Positions 35,313 through 47,400 of a stretch of 64,000 bases of DNA are shown here, one piece after another. The first letter of the stretch is position 1. The number at the start of each line of letters is the position of its first letter. The notes under the pieces were generated by a model. That model saw nothing but the letters and a program-made list of their open reading frames with translations. It ran no database searches and had not been told where the DNA came from. A program made the translations under genes and the position numbers. Origin of the DNA: Octopus vulgaris (taxonomy: Eukaryota); NCBI GenBank assembly GCA_951406725.2, contig OX597827.1:38068001-38132000 (forward strand), in the 5' to 3' direction.

Positions 35313-35853
35313 AAATCATTGGTATAGTCTCTCACCAACACTTCTCAGCCTCTGGGTCACAAACATGTTATTCCCTCACTCTGCCTTTTCTACCACTGAT
35401 ACTGTGGTTTCTGCTCTTTGGAGCTGGCTGGTCTCAAGCTAACTTCTCTCATCTCTATCTTACTCTCCTCTGCAATATTCTGTCTAACTACTATGCCCAA
35501 GCCTACTTCACCAGGACATCAGTCTTTTGAAATCTACTTGCTACTCTTCTTTTCCTGAAGTTGTATATAAACATAAACCACATTGATCTCATTGGTTTTG
35601 GAAGATTTGTCAGATATTCGTAGAGCCCTTCCTCACAGTAAAATTGATAAAAAAGAAACAGCTTAACAATTACATTCACTCATTTGTCTCACCCTAAATA
35701 TTCTCCCTAGAGATTACACTCTCCATAATTTCTAGCCAGTTCATAGATGATTTATATAAAGAGCCAGGCAACAATATATTTTATATAATTTCTATAAAGA
35801 GCCAAGCTGCAATATATTTTTATATATAATTTATGCAAATTTTTTATTTACAG

Positions 35854-35968
35854 GTGAAAAATTTGCTGATGTTGATGTAGTTGCTGTTTTCATTGCTGGC
35901 AGCTGTCTCAAGAATGGTAAAGATGATGCCAGAGCTGGACTTGGTGTCTACTGGGGAGACGGAGAAAT
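35854..35968 (+). CDS. RNASEH1: RNase H1-like gene exon: start of the RNase H domain, catalytic Asp replaced by Ala
   Basis: tttacag|GT...AT|gtaagt. Translates GEKFADVDVVAVFIAGSCLKNGKDDARAGLGVYWGDGE, compared with human [29 protein letters not shown]. Confidence 0.88.
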
Positions 35969-36964
35969 GTAAGTTTTTTGTTGTTGTTTTGTTTCTTGTT
36001 AGCGCTTGACTAATAGTCACATAACAACATGGGATGGATGGGGATAGAGCTAGAAATATAGAATGTGGTCCCCCATTTCTATTTATTCTTTGGGAACAGA
36101 AGGATTATTGTGCCTTTATAGATTTGAATTGTTTCAATATATCGCTTAGTAATGTTTCTATAAGCCATAACCTATGTCTTTTGTATATTTAGGACTACTT
36201 TATATAGTTTATCTTTTATGTAAAACAGTAAGGCTGTGATATGATGGGAAGAAACTTAGCAGATTTTCCTAGGAGATTGAATGGGCAGAAACAGCAAGGA
36301 TGAGGGGGAATAATTTCTTTGGCATCAAGGAGGAATTGCAAGTGAAAAAGCATCTGTTGGGGTACATCTGTGTTGAGGAAAATAAGGAGTCTCCGATTTT
36401 ACAAATTTATAGTTATGTCACATTAAATTACTCTTTTGGACTTAAGGGTTGAACTTAGTTTTATATGGGTTTTTTTAGGTTACATCAGTGGCTGGTTTCA
36501 AATTTCACCCTCATGTAATGTGTGGTCCATCCATCACATATAGATTCCTTTGTTTGCTCAGTTGAAGATTTTGTCAGTGTCAAGAACAACATTGCCTGGA
36601 CTGAGTTGCAGTATGGTGGTCATATTAAGATAATGGCACCTAATTTACTCCTTTAATTCATGTATATCTTTGTCATAATAAATATCCCTCACCCCTCATA
36701 CTCTCCATCACAAATTAACTGGTAAGTCTTCACTTTATGTATTAAAGTTTGTTAAAATGTTGGTTTGTATATTGATAGGTGTTTCAGGGTGTGAACATTG
36801 TATATACTCTTTTTGTGTATGAATGTGTGTATATAGTGTGTGTAAATGTGTATATTTGTATGTCTGTAAATGTGTATCAATCGTATCATTTTTGTGAAAC
36901 CTGTCTTCCAGTTCGCTTCACTCACCCCTCTCTGCATGTATATTTGTATAAACACAGATTGGGG

Positions 36965-37215
36965 GGGGCTAGTAGTTAGTGTTGAACTTGTGAATGTGAG
37001 ATCATTTCCTGGACTGGGCTGCTTGTTGTGTTCTTGAGTAAAACATTTTGTCTCACGTTGCTCTGCAATCACTTTGACATCTGATGTATGACACATCATC
37101 CATCTGTACAAACAGTGTCAATTTCATGGAGGGAGTGACCTAATGTGCAGTACAAACTTTTGATCTCTATAAACATCATCTGTGCAGGTGTTTCATTGAG
37201 AGTCCATGTATGTAC
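36965..37215 (+). mobile_element. Degraded SINE
   Basis: GTTGTGTTCTTGAGTAAAACATTTTGTCTCACGTTGCTC is a CORE/V-like SINE central segment. Confidence 0.6.
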
Positions 37216-37357
37216 AGACACACATATATTTCTCAGCACTATTTTTAACACAAAAATATGAATCGCTATTCTGTTCACATATCTCTTTCTTTCCCCCTCT
37301 CTCTCTCTGTTTGTCTTTCTCTGTATAATGACATGTGTATACACATTCACACAGGTA

Positions 37358-38476
37358 TCATCATCATCATCATCGTTTAACGTCCGCTTTCCGCGCTATC
37401 ACGGGTTGGACGGTTTGACCGGGTCTGGGAAGCCAGGGGCCGCACCAGGCTCCAGTCTGAATCTGGCAGAGTTTCTACGGCTGGATGCCCTTCCTAACGC
37501 CAACCACTCCGTGAGTGGATTGGGTGCTTTTTACGTGCCACCTGCACAGGGGCCGGAGGGTCCGGCATCGTCACGATCGGTTCGAGCATTTTAACGTGTC
37601 AGCGGCACGGGGGCAACGAGGTCCGGGGTACTTTGGGGATCGGGGTACTTTGGGGATCCAGGGTACTTTGGGGATCCGGGGTACATAGAATGGGTAGGGG
37701 GTATGTGGAATTGCTGCAGAAAGCAGCCCGGGTCTTTGTAGTCACAGCATTTATCGTCACTGAGTAACGTAATTAGGTAGAGGAAAGAAATACAGATATT
37801 CTAGAGTTGAGTTGGGGGGGGTCCAGTTGAGGCGGGTAATATAGGAGAGCAACCAGTGGGGAAGGTTGGGGTAAGGAGGAACGATGGCAGGAAGGGTTGG
37901 TGTAGGTTCCTAAGAAATAAAGACATTCGTTATCGTCACTGAGTAACGTTATTAGGTAGAGGAAAGAAATACAGATATTCTAGAGTTGAGTTGGGGAGGG
38001 GGGGTCCAGTTGAGGCGGGTAATATAGGGGAGCAACCAGTGGGGAAGGTTGGGGTAAGGAGGAACGATGGCAGGAAGGGTTGGTGTAGGATCCTAAGAAA
38101 TAAAAACGTAGGATATTACGAGGCGGGAGGGTGCTAAAGGGGATGGTCGGAATGAGGCAGTGTCAGGAGGAAGCGTAAGATCGGTGGGCAGTTGATGAGC
38201 TATGGCGCTAGCAGCTTGTCTTTTCACAGTGAAAGCATATGAGGAGAAGGGGTAGTGGGGGGAGGATGAGGAAGTAGGGCGTACCCGGTGTAGATGAGTA
38301 AGGCGTATCCGGTGTAGATGGTGAGAACAGGGTATACTGGTATTGGTGGTGGGGGGTGAGAACAGTGTTCACCGGTATTGGTGGTGGTGGCGGTGAGAAC
38401 AGTGTTCACCGGTATTGGTGGTGGGGGTGAGAACAGTGTTCATCGGTATTGGTGGTGGGGGTGGGGGGGCGGGCGC
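37358..38476 (-). mobile_element. Non-coding retroposon with RTE-type 3' tail and stacked internal tandem repeats
   Basis: Starts with (CAT)n-CGTTTAACGTCCGCTTTCC. It contains 18-bp repeats GGGGTACTTTGGGGATCC (37625-37685), a ~180-bp duplication (37751 and 37930), and 21-bp and ~30-bp G-rich repeats (38275-38460). Confidence 0.7.
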
Positions 38477-41400
38477 ACCGCCAATGGCTGAAAGATGGGA
38501 AGAGATGGGATTACGGCTTGAGGTAGCCTAAGGTTAAATTTTGTAGAGAGATAGGAAAGATAAATCAAGTTATAGCGAAGGCTTGAAAGTAGCCTAAAAG
38601 GTTAAATTTTCGTAACAATGTATGAATAAACGTAGTAACAACGAATAAAAATAGTAAGATAAATTTTTAAGAACTTGCTGCGGACATCGATCGGGAGTTG
38701 AAATTGAAGAAGAAAGTAAGTTGAATTGGGAATTTAAATTGTAGAATCGTAATGGTAATGGCGATTTTCAAGTTTTAGCATAAGAAGAAGAAGAGGAGGA
38801 AAAAGACCGCCAATGGCTGAAAGATGGGAAGAGATGGGATTACGGCTTGAGGTAGCCTAAGGTTAAATTTTGTAGAGAGAGAGATAGGAAAGATAAATCA
38901 AGTTATGGCGAAGGCTTGAAAGTAGCCTAAAAGGTTAAATTTTCGTAACAATGTATGAATAAACGTAGTAACAACGAATAAAAATAGTAAGATAAATTTT
39001 TAAGAACTTGCTGCGGACATCGATCGGGAGTTGAAATTGAAGAAGAAAGTAAGTTGAATTGGGAATTTAAATTGTAGAATCGTAATGGTAATGGCGATTT
39101 TCAAGTTTTAGCATAAGAAGAAGAAGAGGAGGAAAAAAGACCGCCAATGGCTGAAAGATGGGAAGAGATGGGGGGGATTACGGCTTGAGGTAGCCTAAGG
39201 TTAAATTTTGTAGAGAGAGAGATAGGAAAGATAAATCAAGTTATGGCGAAGGCTTGAAAGTAGCCTAAAAGGTTAAATTTTCGTAACAATGTATGAATAA
39301 ACGTAGTAACAACGAATAAAAATAGTAAGATAAATTTTTAAGAACTTGCTGCGGACATCGATCGGGAGTTGAAATTGAAGAAGAAAGTAAGTTGAATTGG
39401 GAATTTAAATTGTAGAATCGTAATGGTAATGGCGATTTTCAAGTTTTAGCATAAGAAGAAGAAGAGGAGGAAAAAGACCGCCAATGGCTGAAAGATGGGA
39501 AGAGATGGGATTACGGCTTGAGGTAGCCTAAGGTTAAATTTTGTAGAGAGAGAGATAGGAAAGATAAATCAAGTTATGGCGAAGGCTTGAAAGTAGCCTA
39601 AAAGGTTAAATTTTCGTAACAATGTATGAATAAACGTAGTAACAACGAATAAAAATAGTAAGATAAATTTTTAAGAACTTGCTGCGGACATCGATCGGGA
39701 GTTGAAATTGAAGAAGAAAGTAAGTTGAATTGGGAATTTAAATTGTAGAATCGTAATGGTAATGGCGATTTTCAAGTTTTAGCATAAGAAGAAGAAGAGG
39801 AGGAAAAAGACCGCCAATGGCTGAAAGATGGGAAGAGATGGGATTACGGCTTGAGGTAGCCTAAGGTTAAATTTTGTAGAGAGAGAGATAGGAAAGATAA
39901 ATCAAGTTATGGCGAAGGCTTGAAAGTAGCCTAAAAGGTTAAATTTTCGTAACAATGTATGAATAAACGTAGTAACAACGAATAAAAATAGTAAGATAAA
40001 TTTTTAAGAACTTGCTGCGGACATCGATCGGGAGTTGAAATTGAAGAAGAAAGTAAGTTGAATTGGGAATTTAAATTGTAGAATCGTAATGGTAATGGCG
40101 ATTTTCAAGTTTTAGCATAAGAAGAAGAAGAGGAGGAAAAAGACCGCCAATGGCTGAAAGATGGGAAGAGATGGGATTACGGCTTGAGGTAGCCTAAGGT
40201 TAAATTTTGTAGAGAGAGAGATAGGAAAGATAAATCAAGTTATGGCGAAGGCTTGAAAGTAGCCTAAAAGGTTAAATTTTCGTAACAATGTATGAATAAA
40301 CGTAGTAACAACGAATAAAAATAGTAAGATAAATTTTTAAGAACTTGCTGCGGACATCGATCGGGAGTTGAAATTGAAGAAGAAAGTAAGTTGAATTGGG
40401 AATTTAAATTGTAGAATCGTAATGGTAATGGCGATTTTCAAGTTTTAGCATAAGAAGAAGAAGAGGAGGAAAAGACCGCCAATGGCTGAAAGATGGGAAG
40501 AGATGGGATTACGGCTTGAGGTAGCCTAAGGTTAAATTTTGTAGAGAGAGAGATAGGAAAGATAAATCAAGTTATGGCGAAGGCTTGAAAGTAGCCTAAA
40601 AGGTTAAATTTTCGTAACAATGTATGAATAAACGTAGTAACAACGAATAAAAATAGTAAGATAAATTTTTAAGAACTTGCTGCGGACATCGATCGGGAGT
40701 TGAAATTGAAGAAGAAAGTAAGTTGAATTGGGAATTTAAATTGTAGAATCGTAATGGTAATGGCGATTTTCAAGTTTTAGCATAAGAAGAAGAAGAGGAG
40801 GAAAAAGACCGCCAATGGCTGAAAGATGGGAAGAGATGGGATTACGGCTTGAGGTAGCCTAAGGTTAAATTTTGTAGAGAGAGAGATAGGAAAGATAAAT
40901 CAAGTTATGGCGAAGGCTTGAAAGTAGCCTAAAAGGTTAAATTTTCGTAACAATGTATGAATAAACGTAGTAACAACGAATAAAAATAGTAAGATAAATT
41001 TTTAAGAACTTGCTGCGGACATCGATCGGGAGTTGAAATTGAAGAAGAAAGTAAGTTGAATTGGGAATTTAAATTGTAGAATCGTAATGGTAATGGCGAT
41101 TTTCAAGTTTTAGCATAAGAAGAAGAAGAGGAGGAAAAAGACCGCCAATGGCTGAAAGATGGGAAGAGATGGGATTACGGCTTGAGGTAGCCTAAGGTTA
41201 AATTTTGTAGAGAGAGAGATAGGAAAGATAAATCAAGTTATGGCGAAGGCTTGAAAGTAGCCTAAAAGGTTAAATTTTCGTAACAATGTATGAATAAACG
41301 TAGTAACAACGAATAAAAATAGTAAGATAAATTTTTAAGAACTTGCTGCGGACATCGATCGGGAGTTGAAATTGAAGAAGAAAGTAAGTTGAATTGGGAA

Positions 41401-44400
41401 TTTAAATTGTAGAATCGTAATGGTAATGGCGATTTTCAAGTTTTAGCATAAGAAGAAGAAGAGGAGGAAAAAGACCGCCAATGGCTGAAAGATGGGAAGA
41501 GATGGGATTACGGCTTGAGGTAGCCTAAGGTTAAATTTTGTAGAGAGAGAGATAGGAAAGATAAATCAAGTTATGGCGAAGGCTTGAAAGTAGCCTAAAA
41601 GGTTAAATTTTCGTAACAATGTATGAATAAACGTAGTAACAACGAATAAAAATAGTAAGATAAATTTTTAAGAACTTGCTGCGGACATCGATCGGGAGTT
41701 GAAATTGAAGAAGAAAGTAAGTTGAATTGGGAATTTAAATTGTAGAATCGTAATGGTAATGGCGATTTTCAAGTTTTAGCATAAGAAGAAGAAGAGGAGG
41801 AAAAAGACCGCCAATGGCTGAAAGATGGGAAGAGATGGGATTACGGCTTGAGGTAGCCTAAGGTTAAATTTTGTAGAGAGAGAGATAGGAAAGATAAATC
41901 AAGTTATGGCGAAGGCTTGAAAGTAGCCTAAAAGGTTAAATTTTCGTAACAATGTATGAATAAACGTAGTAACAACGAATAAAAATAGTAAGATAAATTT
42001 TTAAGAACTTGCTGCGGACATCGATCGGGAGTTGAAATTGAAGAAGAAAGTAAGTTGAATTGGGAATTTAAATTGTAGAATCGTAATGGTAATGGCGATT
42101 TTCAAGTTTTAGCATAAGAAGAAGAAGAGGAGGAAAAAGACCGCCAATGGCTGAAAGATGGGAAGAGATGGGATTACGGCTTGAGGTAGCCTAAGGTTAA
42201 ATTTTGTAGAGAGAGAGATAGGAAAGATAAATCAAGTTATGGCGAAGGCTTGAAAGTAGCCTAAAAGGTTAAATTTTCGTAACAATGTATGAATAAACGT
42301 AGTAACAACGAATAAAAATAGTAAGATAAATTTTTAAGAACTTGCTGCGGACATCGATCGGGAGTTGAAATTGAAGAAGAAAGTAAGTTGAATTGGGAAT
42401 TTAAATTGTAGAATCGTAATGGTAATGGCGATTTTCAAGTTTTAGCATAAGAAGAAGAAGAGGAGGAAAAAGACCGCCAATGGCTGAAAGATGGGAAGAG
42501 ATGGGATTACGGCTTGAGGTAGCCTAAGGTTAAATTTTGTAGAGAGAGAGATAGGAAAGATAAATCAAGTTATGGCGAAGGCTTGAAAGTAGCCTAAAAG
42601 GTTAAATTTTCGTAACAATGTATGAATAAACGTAGTAACAACGAATAAAAATAGTAAGATAAATTTTTAAGAACTTGCTGCGGACATCGATCGGGAGTTG
42701 AAATTGAAGAAGAAAGTAAGTTGAATTGGGAATTTAAATTGTAGAATCGTAATGGTAATGGCGATTTTCAAGTTTTAGCATAAGAAGAAGAAGAGGAGGA
42801 AAAAGACCGCCAATGGCTGAAAGATGGGAAGAGATGGGATTACGGCTTGAGGTAGCCTAAGGTTAAATTTTGTAGAGAGAGAGATAGGAAAGATAAATCA
42901 AGTTATGGCGAAGGCTTGAAAGTAGCCTAAAAGGTTAAATTTTCGTAACAATGTATGAATAAACGTAGTAACAACGAATAAAAATAGTAAGATAAATTTT
43001 TAAGAACTTGCTGCGGACATCGATCGGGAGTTGAAATTGAAGAAGAAAGTAAGTTGAATTGGGAATTTAAATTGTAGAATCGTAATGGTAATGGCGATTT
43101 TCAAGTTTTAGCATAAGAAGAAGAAGAGGAGGAAAAAGACCGCCAATGGCTGAAAGATGGGAAGAGATGGGATTACGGCTTGAGGTAGCCTAAGGTTAAA
43201 TTTTGTAGAGAGAGAGATAGGAAAGATAAATCAAGTTATGGCGAAGGCTTGAAAGTAGCCTAAAAGGTTAAATTTTCGTAACAATGTATGAATAAACGTA
43301 GTAACAACGAATAAAAATAGTAAGATAAATTTTTAAGAACTTGCTGCGGACATCGATCGGGAGTTGAAATTGAAGAAGAAAGTAAGTTGAATTGGGAATT
43401 TAAATTGTAGAATCGTAATGGTAATGGCGATTTTCAAGTTTTAGCATAAGAAGAAGAAGAGGAGGAAAAAGACCGCCAATGGCTGAAAGATGGGAAGAGA
43501 TGGGATTACGGCTTGAGGTAGCCTAAGGTTAAATTTTGTAGAGAGAGAGATAGGAAAGATAAATCAAGTTATGGCGAAGGCTTGAAAGTAGCCTAAAAGG
43601 TTAAATTTTCGTAACAATGTATGAATAAACGTAGTAACAACGAATAAAAATAGTAAGATAAATTTTTAAGAACTTGCTGCGGACATCGATCGGGAGTTGA
43701 AATTGAAGAAGAAAGTAAGTTGAATTGGGAATTTAAATTGTAGAATCGTAATGGTAATGGCGATTTTCAAGTTTTAGCATAAGAAGAAGAAGAGGAGGAA
43801 AAAGACCGCCAATGGCTGAAAGATGGGAAGAGATGGGATTACGGCTTGAGGTAGCCTAAGGTTAAATTTTGTAGAGAGAGAGATAGGAAAGATAAATCAA
43901 GTTATGGCGAAGGCTTGAAAGTAGCCTAAAAGGTTAAATTTTCGTAACAATGTATGAATAAACGTAGTAACAACGAATAAAAATAGTAAGATAAATTTTT
44001 AAGAACTTGCTGCGGACATCGATCGGGAGTTGAAATTGAAGAAGAAAGTAAGTTGAATTGGGAATTTAAATTGTAGAATCGTAATGGTAATGGCGATTTT
44101 CAAGTTTTAGCATAAGAAGAAGAAGAGGAGGAAAAAGACCGCCAATGGCTGAAAGATGGGAAGAGATGGGATTACGGCTTGAGGTAGCCTAAGGTTAAAT
44201 TTTGTAGAGAGAGAGATAGGAAAGATAAATCAAGTTATGGCGAAGGCTTGAAAGTAGCCTAAAAGGTTAAATTTTCGTAACAATGTATGAATAAACGTAG
44301 TAACAACGAATAAAAATAGTAAGATAAATTTTTAAGAACTTGCTGCGGACATCGATCGGGAGTTGAAATTGAAGAAGAAAGTAAGTTGAATTGGGAATTT

Positions 44401-47400
44401 AAATTGTAGAATCGTAATGGTAATGGCGATTTTCAAGTTTTAGCATAAGAAGAAGAAGAGGAGGAAAAAGACCGCCAATGGCTGAAAGATGGGAAGAGAT
44501 GGGATTACGGCTTGAGGTAGCCTAAGGTTAAATTTTGTAGAGAGAGAGATAGGAAAGATAAATCAAGTTATGGCGAAGGCTTGAAAGTAGCCTAAAAGGT
44601 TAAATTTTCGTAACAATGTATGAATAAACGTAGTAACAACGAATAAAAATAGTAAGATAAATTTTTAAGAACTTGCTGCGGACATCGATCGGGAGTTGAA
44701 ATTGAAGAAGAAAGTAAGTTGAATTGGGAATTTAAATTGTAGAATCGTAATGGTAATGGCGATTTTCAAGTTTTAGCATAAGAAGAAGAAGAGGAGGAAA
44801 AAGACCGCCAATGGCTGAAAGATGGGAAGAGATGGGATTACGGCTTGAGGTAGCCTAAGGTTAAATTTTGTAGAGAGAGAGATAGGAAAGATAAATCAAG
44901 TTATGGCGAAGGCTTGAAAGTAGCCTAAAAGGTTAAATTTTCGTAACAATGTATGAATAAACGTAGTAACAACGAATAAAAATAGTAAGATAAATTTTTA
45001 AGAACTTGCTGCGGACATCGATCGGGAGTTGAAATTGAAGAAGAAAGTAAGTTGAATTGGGAATTTAAATTGTAGAATCGTAATGGTAATGGCGATTTTC
45101 AAGTTTTAGCATAAGAAGAAGAAGAGGAGGAAAAAGACCGCCAATGGCTGAAAGATGGGAAGAGATGGGATTACGGCTTGAGGTAGCCTAAGGTTAAATT
45201 TTGTAGAGAGAGAGATAGGAAAGATAAATCAAGTTATGGCGAAGGCTTGAAAGTAGCCTAAAAGGTTAAATTTTCGTAACAATGTATGAATAAACGTAGT
45301 AACAACGAATAAAAATAGTAAGATAAATTTTTAAGAACTTGCTGCGGACATCGATCGGGAGTTGAAATTGAAGAAGAAAGTAAGTTGAATTGGGAATTTA
45401 AATTGTAGAATCGTAATGGTAATGGCGATTTTCAAGTTTTAGCATAAGAAGAAGAAGAGGAGGAAAAAGACCGCCAATGGCTGAAAGATGGGAAGAGATG
45501 GGATTACGGCTTGAGGTAGCCTAAGGTTAAATTTTGTAGAGAGAGAGATAGGAAAGATAAATCAAGTTATGGCGAAGGCTTGAAAGTAGCCTAAAAGGTT
45601 AAATTTTCGTAACAATGTATGAATAAACGTAGTAACAACGAATAAAAATAGTAAGATAAATTTTTAAGAACTTGCTGCGGACATCGATCGGGAGTTGAAA
45701 TTGAAGAAGAAAGTAAGTTGAATTGGGAATTTAAATTGTAGAATCGTAATGGTAATGGCGATTTTCAAGTTTTAGCATAAGAAGAAGAAGAGGAGGAAAA
45801 AGACCGCCAATGGCTGAAAGATGGGAAGAGATGGGATTACGGCTTGAGGTAGCCTAAGGTTAAATTTTGTAGAGAGAGAGATAGGAAAGATAAATCAAGT
45901 TATGGCGAAGGCTTGAAAGTAGCCTAAAAGGTTAAATTTTCGTAACAATGTATGAATAAACGTAGTAACAACGAATAAAAATAGTAAGATAAATTTTTAA
46001 GAACTTGCTGCGGACATCGATCGGGAGTTGAAATTGAAGAAGAAAGTAAGTTGAATTGGGAATTTAAATTGTAGAATCGTAATGGTAATGGCGATTTTCA
46101 AGTTTTAGCATAAGAAGAAGAAGAGGAGGAAAAAGACCGCCAATGGCTGAAAGATGGGAAGAGATGGGATTACGGCTTGAGGTAGCCTAAGGTTAAATTT
46201 TGTAGAGAGAGAGATAGGAAAGATAAATCAAGTTATGGCGAAGGCTTGAAAGTAGCCTAAAAGGTTAAATTTTCGTAACAATGTATGAATAAACGTAGTA
46301 ACAACGAATAAAAATAGTAAGATAAATTTTTAAGAACTTGCTGCGGACATCGATCGGGAGTTGAAATTGAAGAAGAAAGTAAGTTGAATTGGGAATTTAA
46401 ATTGTAGAATCGTAATGGTAATGGCGATTTTCAAGTTTTAGCATAAGAAGAAGAAGAGGAGGAAAAAGACCGCCAATGGCTGAAAGATGGGAAGAGATGG
46501 GATTACGGCTTGAGGTAGCCTAAGGTTAAATTTTGTAGAGAGAGAGATAGGAAAGATAAATCAAGTTATGGCGAAGGCTTGAAAGTAGCCTAAAAGGTTA
46601 AATTTTCGTAACAATGTATGAATAAACGTAGTAACAACGAATAAAAATAGTAAGATAAATTTTTAAGAACTTGCTGCGGACATCGATCGGGAGTTGAAAT
46701 TGAAGAAGAAAGTAAGTTGAATTGGGAATTTAAATTGTAGAATCGTAATGGTAATGGCGATTTTCAAGTTTTAGCATAAGAAGAAGAAGAGGAGGAAAAA
46801 GACCGCCAATGGCTGAAAGATGGGAAGAGATGGGATTACGGCTTGAGGTAGCCTAAGGTTAAATTTTGTAGAGAGAGAGATAGGAAAGATAAATCAAGTT
46901 ATGGCGAAGGCTTGAAAGTAGCCTAAAAGGTTAAATTTTCGTAACAATGTATGAATAAACGTAGTAACAACGAATAAAAATAGTAAGATAAATTTTTAAG
47001 AACTTGCTGCGGACATCGATCGGGAGTTGAAATTGAAGAAGAAAGTAAGTTGAATTGGGAATTTAAATTGTAGAATCGTAATGGTAATGGCGATTTTCAA
47101 GTTTTAGCATAAGAAGAAGAAGAGGAGGAAAAAGACCGCCAATGGCTGAAAGATGGGAAGAGATGGGATTACGGCTTGAGGTAGCCTAAGGTTAAATTTT
47201 GTAGAGAGAGAGATAGGAAAGATAAATCAAGTTATGGCGAAGGCTTGAAAGTAGCCTAAAAGGTTAAATTTTCGTAACAATGTATGAATAAACGTAGTAA
47301 CAACGAATAAAAATAGTAAGATAAATTTTTAAGAACTTGCTGCGGACATCGATCGGGAGTTGAAATTGAAGAAGAAAAGTAAGTTGAATTGGGAATTTAA

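Noticed and set aside
36550-36630. Candidate next RNase H exon after a polypyrimidine-CAG acceptor
   Set aside because: The required phase gives an immediate stop and there is no TNQRAE-like motif.
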